DNA of 64,000 nucleotides from Terriglobia bacterium (GTDB lineage Bacteria; Acidobacteriota; Terriglobia; 20CM-2-55-15): NCBI GenBank assembly GCA_963664115.2, contig CAXWPJ010000005.1, positions 256,001 to 320,000 of the forward strand, read 5' to 3'. Shown piece by piece: positions 9,601 to 19,911 of this stretch (position 1 is its first letter; each line of letters starts with the position of its first letter). The notes under the pieces were generated by a model. It saw only the letters and a program-made list of their open reading frames with translations, ran no database searches and was not told where the DNA came from. The position numbers and the translations under genes were made by a program.

Positions 9601-12600
9601 CCTGATATTTTTGGCCCCAACGTCCGGTTTCGGGAAGCAGCAATGCAAACCACGCTTTCAGTGTCCAGGCCAGTGACGCGATCACCATGTAGGCCCAGTT
9701 GCTGGTCTGATCTCCGACCGGCATCCGCAACGCCTGAACGCCGTTCTTCAACTGCTCAATGAGATTCTCCTGATTGCACCGTTGATTGGCACGCATCACA
9801 ATCTGGTCGGCCGGATCCGAACGGTTGGTAATGTAGAAGAAGTACCGGATGTCGTCAAACAACACCTGCTCTCCTTTGGCCACCGACAGATTCTTCCGCA
9901 CCACGACGACACGGTAGTCCCGATCGCAGGCTCCGGGTCGATACCGAAACTCGGCCACATCCTCACCCTGCAAGCGGATATTGTCGAAACCGCGCTGCCG
10001 AACGATCTCTTCCTTCACGTTGTCGGGACGTTGGCGCGGTTCGGTCGCCACGTCGTATTTCGCGGGCCGTTCCAGGCGCTTCCACTGGCGCGGCTCCAGT
10101 TCATCGGCCCGGGCCTTCAGGTTCGCCATCGCGTCAATCCCGAATATGAAACCCACCTGCTGGTCGTCCCATCCGTCCAGATGCCGGGTCTGGCTGAAGT
10201 CCGTGTCCCCGCGCAGCAGGATCTGGCGAAACCCCGCATGCCGGCACAATGCGATGGCTTGGTCGAACCGGACCGCGGCTCCTTCATGCGACGGCCGGTT
10301 GCCGCTACGATTGACCAGATACAGCGGTTCGGCGGTGTTGGCCAGCGAGATCATCAGCGGGTGATATCCCCACGTCCCGTCGTAGGCCACGTCCATCCCT
10401 TGCTTGCATTCCCCCGTGGTTTCGGCCAGTGTCCCGTCCGCGTCCAACACCGCTTCTTCGAAAAACGCCGCCGGTTGCTGTCGCCAGACTCCGAGCCGGA
10501 CTTGATTGGTTGCCTCCATCAGACACTCCACGTCGTCGGCCTCGAATCTCCGGCAGAAGTCTCCCGCCGTCGTCGGATCCGGAATCCGTTGCGCTCCCAG
10601 CGCATCCAGATACACCGCATCGTTGCGCCGCAGTTCGATGTCTTCCAGGCACGTTCCTCCGCTCAAGGCGTTGTAGGCGATGTTCAGCACGTGATCCGAC
10701 TCGTGATACGGCAGGTGCCGCTTCAACACATGCACGCCCTTGTCGATGGCTTCGATCAGCCCGGTCCGCCGCGCCACCAGTTGCATCGTCCCGATACCAC
10801 CAACCGATGTGCCCCGCGTCCGCTCTCCCATCTCGTACTGAATGTTGCTCGCCGAAAACATCGGCTCTACCTGATCCGTCCAATGCCGGTCCCCAAGCCG
10901 ACGTTCGATTCGCCGCTTGCGGTTCCTCATGTTCTTGCGCGTATAATCGTTCATCTGAAATGCCTCCTTTTCCGAAGAATCTGTTCAAGGTTTTTTTCGC
11001 ACGGAGAGGGGGCATTTCGGGTACTTCCGCTCTTATTGCACTATCATTTCCTCGTCAATCACGCTTGTTCAGGGTCTAGGTACGTTGCGAGAGTCGATGC
11101 GGTGTCGCCGGTCACCACGGAATTCGGTGTGTAGAGATAGTCCCACTTGCCCAGCGTCTCGTCACCGGTCGAAATATGAAGCAACTCGGTTTCTTTTCGG
11201 TCTCCCGAGTCCAGGTTTCCCGAACCTGCATGCAGGAGCATTGCTCCGTCCCAGTAGGAAAGCATCGCGGCATGGCGCAGAAGCAGGTACAGCAGCGCCG
11301 TCGGAGCCTCGTGGTCCGGGCCAAAATCTTCGGAACGGATCGCGTCCAGGCTCGAATCCAAAATCCATCGAATGTAATTCTGACCGTCGGCGGAATAGGT
11401 TCGTATGGGGTCCGACTCCGAGAGGGGAACGTCGTCTACAACAGGCCCGTCCAAAAGGGTCGATCCGGCAAAGAACGTCTTTTCGAAGATCTCCGGGAGC
11501 GCGTCGGGCGCGTATCCGAGAGCTGCCAGCGCTCGCTGACCCTGACTGGACCAGTATCCCATCAGGTGGAGCGCCGTGAGGTGGCGGCTTCCCAGGTTGA
11601 GATAGTTGGTGAGGTACTCGGCGCCGACGGCAGTCCTCTGGTGAATCTCTGCTGTTGACGCGTGCAGTCCGATGATGTCGAGCAGCGTCTCGTACGGATC
11701 TCCATCTTTTCCGGTGTAGGACACGTCTGCCGCCATCGATTCCCAGTCGCGACTCATACCGTCGAGAATCGACTTCAGTCGGTCTTCGAATGACTCGTCT
11801 GCGACATTCTGATCGGATGGGAGGGTGAGTCGGGACCACGCCGTGGCTGGAAGGATGCCGTAGGGTTGGGTACCGATGCGTATCGCGGATGCCGGGCCAC
11901 GTCCGGAAACATACTGGATGAAGAAGTCGCGCGTGTCAGCGCGGTCCTCGGCGCTGATGACCCGAGCCATCATTTCTTCCATGAAGTAGCCGAGCGTGGC
12001 CGGCCACAGCGCCGTGTTCATTGCGCGGGCGTCGCGTGCATCCGTGCCCCCACTGTGCTCCACATGCGCGAGCGTTCCTGATGCGATCCCGAGCCATTCG
12101 GCTAATCGTTGGCCGTCGGATTTCGACTTCCAATCATCCGTCTCTGAGAACTGCCCGTGGGCCATCAGATCGAAGCTGGTTTCGGCGCCGGATTCAAAGG
12201 TGCTGAAACCGGATTCCGACTCAGATGTGTTGTTGGTTGGCGTACCGACCGGTACCAGGCTGAAACCGCCGGGAGAATGACGGTGGGCCTTGAGTAATGA
12301 TTCAACCGCTGCTCCGGCGGTATCCGAGTCGTCGGAGAGTCGCAGGCCCAGCACCAGCAGCCGGTCGAAGCCGCTCCGGGCCTGCTCATCGGTGATATCG
12401 ATCCGGACGCCCATGCCGGCCCGCACGGCCTCGTCGAAGTCGACCATCCATTGCATGTCTGCCGAAACGCGGATCGCGTCGCCCTCAACCTCAATTGACT
12501 GGTCATCGTCCACGGGGTCCGGGTCCATTCCGACGACGAGCGGGTCCGCTATGAGATTGCCTGTTACTTCGACTACTTTCCGGCCTCCGATGTATGCCGA

Positions 12601-13308
12601 AACGACGAACCGGTCGGGCATCAGCCGCGCCACCGGGGGTCGGCTCCATGCGTCCGGCTTGGCTTCGTAATCGGGCCAGTAACCAGTGGGGTTCAGCAGG
12701 GGGTCTTCGGCGGTTGTCGCGTTTAAGATGTCGTTACTGTTCAGCGGCACATATGCCTCGACGACCCAGGTCGCCCGATTCGGACCGATGCTGTCGACCA
12801 GCGCTCGCCACGCTCCCAGGCGGCCTACTTCGGATGGTCCGGACTTCCATACTTCGTTCCAGTAGGTCCGGGCATCTCGAACTTCGCTTTCGGTCAGCTG
12901 CGGTTCATGCGTGTCGATCTGTATGTCGTCGGGGTAAAACCGAACCCATAACTGGTGCCGGGTGTCGCGCGAACCCGGCGCCTTCCGTTCCATGAAACGA
13001 GTTTCGATCCGGACGGGGAAGAGCAGGAACGGAATGGAGTCGTCGAGTTGCTCCACCTGCTCCATGGGCGAAGTGTCGGTCAGTGCGACGGATTGCTCCA
13101 GTTCTGCAAGCCGGGCCTCATCGTAGGCCCGCTTCGCGTCGGCAAGCTGCGAATCAAGTTCATTCGGGCCGGTCTCTTCTTCGCCCGCTGGCGCCTTAGC
13201 ATCAAGGGCTCTCCGCCGCAGCATCACCGCCCTGAGACGTTCTTCGCTCCGCCTCCGTTCCGCCCGGAGGCGGGCAAGTCCGGATTGAATCTGTTCGAAC
13301 TCTGACAC
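6602..13308 (-). pseudogene. Large hypothetical protein (~1617 aa when reconstituted) interrupted by IS1380
   Basis: Removing 9228-11074 plus one TCTAGG joins ...LATYL-DGYKNG... in frame; motifs PFLLFPVRIETRF, GTPTNNT, LDEWVEVVP, AFHYDQPNAEAPQ. Confidence 0.85.
9228..11074 (-). mobile_element. IS1380-family element copy 1 (1847 bp; transposase 9422-10954)
   Basis: Ends CCCAAAACAAGCG / CGCTTGTTCAGGG; 6-bp TSD TCTAGG; transposase motifs LDADGT, GYHPL, LRGDTDF, QENLIEQLK. Confidence 0.9.
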
Positions 13309-13331
13309 GTGGGGCTACTCCCTGGATCGAC

Positions 13332-16300
13332 CTATGCCAGCATCTTTGCGGCATGTACCGCTACCAGCACCGGGTCCTGGTAGGTAATGTGGGCGACTTC
13401 GTGAGCCTGGGAACGCGACGACCATTCAACACCATCCGGGTTGTCCGATCCGGAAACACTGGCCAGCACGTCGTCGTCAACCTGGGCGTGACCGTTGCTT
13501 ACGGTGACATGGCTCCATGCCAGGTCGTCCCAGGTGGTCGCCGTGGACGACGCGTCGTCGGTCGCGCTATCAAATCCGAACCTGGGCTCACCGGGTCTCT
13601 CCTTCAGCACGAAGTACCATCCCGGATCGTCGTCCGGATTTTCGCCAGTGCCGCCTTTCACTTCCTCGGCCGTCAGATCGAAACCCAGAAAGGCGATGTC
13701 GGGTTCGACCCTCGCCGAATACAGCGGGTACCGCTCCTGTCCTTCGGTGGTGTCCATTGTTCGGGCCTTGGCGCGATCGATGGCTCCCGCCTCGTCCCGT
13801 TGCCATTCAGCGCGTTGTGCGTACACCACAGTGGTTGGATAGCGTTTGAGCAGGTCTCCGCGAAATACGAGTACCAGTTGCGCCTCATCTCCGTACGCCT
13901 CGCGGTTGTTGTGATCGCCCAGGCTCGACGAGCGGCTCCACTCGTCGATGGGAGGAATATCGCGGAGCTTCTCCTCTAGTTCTGCTTCGGTGAGCGTCGG
14001 ATTAGAATTCACGTAGTCCTCAACGTCCCAGAACTGGCGGAAATAGGATCCGCGCTGATCGGTAGGATACTCGCGCCATAGCAGCTCGCGTCCCATTTCG
14101 TGGTTCAGACCGACCATGTAGGACTCGATGAACGGCTGATTGGTCTCCAGCAGGGAGATCGTGTTCTGCTTCACCTGATTGATGTTCGGCACAAGAAGTT
14201 CAGCAGACAGATCGCGCAAGGGCTCATACATCGGATACGGGAACTCGGGGTATGCCATAGCAGGCTGAAAAGTCTCCAGTAGTTGACTTCGTTTCCCGGG
14301 GCTCAGTCGCAATCGACTTGCCGTACGTTTCGGGATGGCGGTGTTTGGATTCACGGCCGCGAGAATGTCGTTTTGCGCGAGTTTGAGATCGAGGTCCGGG
14401 CCGATTCCTGACGCGATCGCCGCCTGTTGTTCGAATACCAGGTGCAGGTCGTTGAGCGCCATCTTAAAGCGTTCTGCGTCCGGACTGTCACTGCCGGTGG
14501 TTGACAGAGGCGGGGCGGCGCCCCCGGCCGGTACGATCCTGAATCCTGGGGCCTCGGGCAGCGCTTCGACTGCCTCGACCGTGAGGCTGTCTTCCTCCAG
14601 CGTGTCTCCTGCGGGTGCGGCCGTTTCCGGGGACGGGCCGAAGCGGGACCGAAGGTAGAAGCCCACACCTGCGATGGCTCCGATCAGCGCGGCAAGCACG
14701 CCGGGGATCAATCCCAGAATCAGAAGGACGATAGCGACCCCCAACATCATGATCGCCAGCCAGACGAAGAGCGGGTGCCCGACGATCTCACCCAGCCCTC
14801 CTGAATCGGGTTGCGGTACGATCGCCCGGGCGAAATCGTCGAATGTGACGGCGCTGTCAGGGGCGGTCTTGCGTGGCGTTGCTGTGATCTCGCCTTCCGC
14901 GACGCGCGCCGGGATGTTGGCCGGTTTCCGATCTCCATCCGGATCGACGGCGCGGATCACCGGGCCACGCGGCCGGGTAATCTTTCGGAAGGCCGGGTTG
15001 AACACCGCCCCTGGAACGCTGCTGTGTGCAATGGTATCTGCGACGGTCGTTCGCGCAGTCAAATCATCCCCCGCCCGGCTCGACAGTGTTCGCCGGTGGA
15101 CGGCAGTACTCAGGTTGAGGCACGCACTTGTGGAAAGTGGAATCAGATTGCGCTCATAGAGCGCTAAGCTTCCGAATTTCGATAGCTGGGCCCGTCCAAT
15201 GATCTTGTTTGCCTCCAGAATGTCACCCACCTGTTTCCACGCTTCATTGACGTACTGCTCCTGATGCTTCCCGACCACCCGCGTCCCGAGGCCGGAACCC
15301 ACGCGACGTCGCGGATCCAGATTCAGTTCGTGAACCCAGTTGGCGGTTCCCGCCGTGAGCGTCGACACCAGCGCGTGCCAGCGGGCGTAGAGCGGAGACG
15401 TGACGATGGGATCACCCGCGAACCCTTCTTGGGAGGTATAAGTGTCGGCCAGGTTCACACGGTCGGCAACTGCCACCTGCCATGAATCTGGAGCGGTGCC
15501 CTCGGGCCATTCGGTCCGTTCGGCCTGCGGCGAGATCAGAGCGCCTTCAAGTCCGAGTACGCCGTCGGTGATGTCGATTCCTTCCAAACCCGATCCGGGA
15601 TTCTGGACGTCCATGTTGCGGATGCCCACTTCCGGCGGCATGACGTGGGGTTTGAGTTGCCGGACCAGATACTCGAAATCGCCGGTCTGACCCGTCCGGA
15701 AATACCAGCGGTAGTAAACGGGGAAGACTTCCTGGTTCGAACTTCCCCACGCGGGTTCAACGGCCGTGTCTAGCGATGGATCCAGTTCAATTCCGAGACC
15801 GGTCTTGCGTCCAATTTCAAAGCTCGGAATCACAAACGCGTGGTAGCCAGTTTCGGCGTCCATCTGCCGGGGACACATTAGTCGGCTGTAGGCCAGATCC
15901 GGATTGGATTCCAACGCGTCACCCAGAGCGAGGATGGCCTCTTCGGTCGTCCGCGCGCCATCGTTGCCCAAATCCTCGTTGACGTGAACGTGGGTCCAGG
16001 CGAATAGCTGCTGGTGTGATGGGAACACCGACTCAGCGTTTTCGACCGTAATTGCAGTCAGCGTTGAATCGGAGGATAGGGCGGTGTCGGTGAACTCGTC
16101 CTCCTTGAGGACCACCAACGCAAGCCATGGTGTCAGGCGGTTGCCCGCATCTTCCGCAGTTTGAGGTGAGTAACGCCAGGGCAGATCTTCTTCGTAGAAT
16201 TCGACGAACGGAAAGTAATTGGGTTCGAAATCCGTAATCCAGTTTCTGGGTTCGGTCCGAATGACCACGTCGCTGTTCAATCCCGTAATGTCGCCCGGAC

Positions 16301-16472
16301 CGTAGAGTTCGACTTCCTGATTAACGGTCGCACTGACGGCGGAATTGTCCGTTTCCACGTCGACGGTCAACCCCACGGTGACGCGAAGTCCGGTCGCGGC
16401 TTGCATCGTATTTGCGATTCCCTGCCGCAACCAGGGCAGGAAACTGTAGCGGGCAATGGTGTCGTCGCTCAT
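13332..16472 (-). CDS. Conserved hypothetical protein, 1046 aa, with internal hydrophobic hairpin
   Basis: YSFLPWLRQG, LYGPGD, FYEEDLPWRYSP, GDFEYLV, ESYMVGLNHEMGRELLWREYPTDQRGSYFRQFWD; 4-bp overlap with upstream gene. Confidence 0.8.
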   Translation of the reverse strand: MSDDTIARYSFLPWLRQGIANTMQAATGLRVTVGLTVDVETDNSAVSATVNQEVELYGPGDITGLNSDVVIRTEPRNWITDFEPNYFPFVEFYEEDLPWRYSPQTAEDAGNRLTPWLALVVLKEDEFTDTALSSDSTLTAITVENAESVFPSHQQLFAWTHVHVNEDLGNDGARTTEEAILALGDALESNPDLAYSRLMCPRQMDAETGYHAFVIPSFEIGRKTGLGIELDPSLDTAVEPAWGSSNQEVFPVYYRWYFRTGQTGDFEYLVRQLKPHVMPPEVGIRNMDVQNPGSGLEGIDITDGVLGLEGALISPQAERTEWPEGTAPDSWQVAVADRVNLADTYTSQEGFAGDPIVTSPLYARWHALVSTLTAGTANWVHELNLDPRRRVGSGLGTRVVGKHQEQYVNEAWKQVGDILEANKIIGRAQLSKFGSLALYERNLIPLSTSACLNLSTAVHRRTLSSRAGDDLTARTTVADTIAHSSVPGAVFNPAFRKITRPRGPVIRAVDPDGDRKPANIPARVAEGEITATPRKTAPDSAVTFDDFARAIVPQPDSGGLGEIVGHPLFVWLAIMMLGVAIVLLILGLIPGVLAALIGAIAGVGFYLRSRFGPSPETAAPAGDTLEEDSLTVEAVEALPEAPGFRIVPAGGAAPPLSTTGSDSPDAERFKMALNDLHLVFEQQAAIASGIGPDLDLKLAQNDILAAVNPNTAIPKRTASRLRLSPGKRSQLLETFQPAMAYPEFPYPMYEPLRDLSAELLVPNINQVKQNTISLLETNQPFIESYMVGLNHEMGRELLWREYPTDQRGSYFRQFWDVEDYVNSNPTLTEAELEEKLRDIPPIDEWSRSSSLGDHNNREAYGDEAQLVLVFRGDLLKRYPTTVVYAQRAEWQRDEAGAIDRAKARTMDTTEGQERYPLYSARVEPDIAFLGFDLTAEEVKGGTGENPDDDPGWYFVLKERPGEPRFGFDSATDDASSTATTWDDLAWSHVTVSNGHAQVDDDVLASVSGSDNPDGVEWSSRSQAHEVAHITYQDPVLVAVHAAKMLA

Positions 16473-19400
16473 GCCGCATCGACCTCGTAGTTCGCCACCA
16501 CGTCGATCTCGGAGGCGAGATTCGGATTCTGTGCGATCAATCGATCCATATAGTTGCGGGCCTCGGCCTCGCTGCCCCGCGTCGATTCGGCGTCGTAGGG
16601 CGTGAGGTGGGCCGAGGTCACGACCGTAAACTCTTCGTGAGCAACCTCAATTCTTTCGGTGGCCAGCGCCGACAGTTTGGTCTTCTGATACGAGTAGCTC
16701 GCCTTCGCGACGGATCCGCCGCGGATCAGCGACTTGAAGACGTCAGACAGCTGGCTGAGCTTGCCCGCAAACAGCCGCAGATAGTTGGTGTCGATGTAGA
16801 TGGCCTCGTACTCGACATCACGGCTGACCATTCCACCGGCCGACAGTTCTGTTCCCGACTCGATCTGCACGCCGCTGTTCATCCGCTCGAACGACGGCCG
16901 CGAGATCTTCTCAGAGTCGGTCATGTTCTCGTACTGGGCGGGTGCAAAGTATTCGGTGACGTCGCTGGTGTCCAGCTCTTCAGTGTTGCTGGTCACTCGC
17001 GCGATCTCGAAATAAGAGGCGTCGGACGGTTTCTGGTTGCCGAACGTGACGAGGGTGAACTCCAGCGGAACGACTTTCTGGCTGAGGGTGAGCATGCCCG
17101 CTGGATGCGCGACGAGTCCGTCATCGCCCGCATCCTTGAGCGTCACCCACTGACTGGTGCGCGAAGGCAACTCGGCAATCCAATTGCCCGGGTGTTCGAG
17201 AGCTTCCACCAGCAAGGGCAGCACCGGAACGTCAGGCAACGAAGTGTCTTTGCTCTGGCCAAACGTCTTCTGGAAGGAGACTTCGACTTTGATGCCCAGT
17301 ACCTTGAATGATGCCGTTCCATTGGCCTTCCATGGAGTCGGGCCTTCAAGATTCAATACAAGGCTGACACTCATCAGCACCTTGTTTCCCATACCCACTT
17401 CCATCATGGCCGAAGCGGTGATGATGAAATAGAACGGTGAGAACTGGAACAGGGCGTCAAACCCGACAGTACCGTATACGTAGATCTTCCAGGCTTCGGC
17501 GTAGATCTCGGCCCGCGAACCCACCTGCACTGTATTGGAAGTAACGGCGAGATACGCTTCCAGAGTGATGCGAGGATTGTTGCCACTCACCAGGCTCACG
17601 GTGAGCCGGGCCAGATCCGGCAGGCTGAGCGGTGGCGGATCGTAGGACGGATGGAATCCCCCAACCGCCAACAGCATGTTGGGTTCTGAACCCCACGCCA
17701 ACCGGACGGCCATGTCTCCGCTCAAAGTAAAGGTAACGAGCTTGGAATCGTAGATGGACGCGTCGAACGAAATCAGTCCGGCTTCGAGGTCGATCGTCCC
17801 GAGGAACGCGACCTTGATGACCACAATTCCCCCGTCCTCGTCCGGGAACGCCGCTTTCAAGACTCCCAGGATCGCAACCTGGAATGGGTCGGGCACTTCG
17901 ATCAGGAGGCCGATTTCCGCAGTAATGAGTGACGGCGTCCCCCACCCAAGCTTGGCCATCGGACCGAATACGAACTGATTTTCGAAAACAGGGAAGATGT
18001 CTGACAGGTCAGCGATGATCTGATCGGCGTTAGCGACAATGTTGGTCGGGAACAGGATGTGGTCGGTGGCACCCGTCTTGACCCGCTCGCGAAGAATGTC
18101 CAATTCCATCGTCCGGTTCAGGCCGAGCAACCCACCTACACCGTTGAGCGTGAAACCAAAGCCCAGTTGGATCGCCGGAAACTCCGCAGAGATGCTTATC
18201 AGCAGCGAGAAGCCGTCTTCACCACTGGGCAGTTGAGTGTCGAGGATCCCGATGGCCGCCAGCGACAGCGTGTCCTGAAATTTCAGTTCGAGACCACCCA
18301 TGTAGCGGCCGTTGTCTACGTCGAGATAGAGGAATCCGCCCCCGGAGAATCCCTGCGAATCGATGGCCAGGCCAATACCGTTGGGAGGATTGAATCCGAG
18401 GCTGAGGTCGAGCGGCCCGGCGTTGCCCCCGCTGAAATCCGCATCCAGTGCGAGTCCGATATCGTCAATGGTGAAGACTAGCGGTCCGAGCTCCCCGGTG
18501 AGAACAACACCCACCGAGGTTGTGATTATCGGATCGCCATCGGTGCTGGCATTGGCCCGGATTCGAACTGTGTCCACGATGATTGGGCCGATTTCGAGGT
18601 GGGGATACACTGCGACTTCGAATCCACCGCCGCCCTTTAGCCGGATTCCTCCACTCAAGGACCACTCCAATCCGAGCGGAATATCGATGGTTGTGTCGCC
18701 ATCCCCGATGATCTTTTGAAAGAAACTGTCGGTTTCACCTCCCTGGAGCATCGCCGCGAACCCCTCAGTGTCGAGTCCGACGAGCACATCCAGATCGTTT
18801 CCGACATAGTCGACGTCTAGCGTGAAGGAGGCTCCCTTCAATTGCAGGTGGCTCTGATCACTGCGTCCCAGGACGACGACCGGTGTTTCCGGCTGGTATG
18901 CGATCGTTGCCCCGAAACCGGCGTCAGGAAATTCCAGATCGTTGCGGAAGGGGTATTTCACTTCAACGCTGTCGGGCCGAATGATGACTCCGAACAGAGC
19001 ACTGGTGTCCAGACCGGCTCGCAGCGATAGGGTCAGATCATTACCGAGTTCGATTGTCGCGTCGGCCGAGTCGGGGAGCTCAGGCTGGATTATGATTCCA
19101 GGCATTTTCCCGGCTTCGCCGGGAATTCCCATGATTATGAGCGAGAGCTCAAGACGATTGTTTCCAACCGGTTCACTGAGCAAGGTAATTCGGACCAACG
19201 AATCAATATTGCCGGCACGGTCGCCGATGTCCCCCTGAAACGCGTTGGCAAGGTCTTCAGACACGCCTTCCAGAGACACGGGAAAACCCAGTCCGTTAAA
19301 GAACTCCACCAGGAGTCCGGCGAGGCGATCGAGATCAAATGCGTCAGAATTCCATTCGAAAACTTCGCGGATCAGAGACAGGGGATCAGAGACAATCTTA

Positions 19401-19906
19401 GGGATCGAATCCCAGTGAAAATGCAACAGGTTATAGGCGGGACGGCCGCCGTCGGACGGGACATCTTCGACGTCGATAATGTCCAGCGCTTCCAGGATTG
19501 CTGCAAGCGCGGGCAGAGCGGCGTAGAGATAACGGACGAGCAGTAGATCGAAAAGGCGTTCGGGTACCTCCTCCAGGAACTGAGTCGTATCCACGGTCGA
19601 GGGAACCGAGGATGAGTCCAGAGATCGGATTGTCGTGTAGATATCCGCAACGGTTGCGAGGAGGTCCAGTACTTCGGACTCGGTCGGCGGAGTTTCAGGG
19701 TCAAAGCCCTCGACGATATCAACCAAGTCGCTGACTTGGTTGCCGAGATCCGAGAACGCCGTGGGCTGTTCGTTTACCGCCCAGCCCAGCTGGAACATGA
19801 GCCGCTGGAACGACCGCAAGCTGGACGTCCCATCCTTCAGCGGCCGGAGCGCGAGCGCGAGGTGAGTGCCGATCAGCTCTTCAGTGCCTTTGCTCCGGTC
19901 AGTCAT
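16469..19906 (-). CDS. DUF6603-like large protein, 1145 aa
   Basis: IQLGFGFTLNGVGGLLGLNR, FVFGPMAKLGWG, VGGFHP, YLAVTSNTVQVG, GFDALFQFSPF, LEGPTPW motifs recalled for this family. Confidence 0.75.
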   Translation of the reverse strand: MTDRSKGTEELIGTHLALALRPLKDGTSSLRSFQRLMFQLGWAVNEQPTAFSDLGNQVSDLVDIVEGFDPETPPTESEVLDLLATVADIYTTIRSLDSSSVPSTVDTTQFLEEVPERLFDLLLVRYLYAALPALAAILEALDIIDVEDVPSDGGRPAYNLLHFHWDSIPKIVSDPLSLIREVFEWNSDAFDLDRLAGLLVEFFNGLGFPVSLEGVSEDLANAFQGDIGDRAGNIDSLVRITLLSEPVGNNRLELSLIIMGIPGEAGKMPGIIIQPELPDSADATIELGNDLTLSLRAGLDTSALFGVIIRPDSVEVKYPFRNDLEFPDAGFGATIAYQPETPVVVLGRSDQSHLQLKGASFTLDVDYVGNDLDVLVGLDTEGFAAMLQGGETDSFFQKIIGDGDTTIDIPLGLEWSLSGGIRLKGGGGFEVAVYPHLEIGPIIVDTVRIRANASTDGDPIITTSVGVVLTGELGPLVFTIDDIGLALDADFSGGNAGPLDLSLGFNPPNGIGLAIDSQGFSGGGFLYLDVDNGRYMGGLELKFQDTLSLAAIGILDTQLPSGEDGFSLLISISAEFPAIQLGFGFTLNGVGGLLGLNRTMELDILRERVKTGATDHILFPTNIVANADQIIADLSDIFPVFENQFVFGPMAKLGWGTPSLITAEIGLLIEVPDPFQVAILGVLKAAFPDEDGGIVVIKVAFLGTIDLEAGLISFDASIYDSKLVTFTLSGDMAVRLAWGSEPNMLLAVGGFHPSYDPPPLSLPDLARLTVSLVSGNNPRITLEAYLAVTSNTVQVGSRAEIYAEAWKIYVYGTVGFDALFQFSPFYFIITASAMMEVGMGNKVLMSVSLVLNLEGPTPWKANGTASFKVLGIKVEVSFQKTFGQSKDTSLPDVPVLPLLVEALEHPGNWIAELPSRTSQWVTLKDAGDDGLVAHPAGMLTLSQKVVPLEFTLVTFGNQKPSDASYFEIARVTSNTEELDTSDVTEYFAPAQYENMTDSEKISRPSFERMNSGVQIESGTELSAGGMVSRDVEYEAIYIDTNYLRLFAGKLSQLSDVFKSLIRGGSVAKASYSYQKTKLSALATERIEVAHEEFTVVTSAHLTPYDAESTRGSEAEARNYMDRLIAQNPNLASEIDVVANYEVDAA

Positions 19907-19911
19907 GTCTT

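Noticed and set aside
9782-11134. Long antisense ORFs over IS1380 and IS256 copies (also 37812-39302, 29914-30840 and similar)
   Set aside because: Shadow frames of GC-rich transposase genes, repeated with each IS copy
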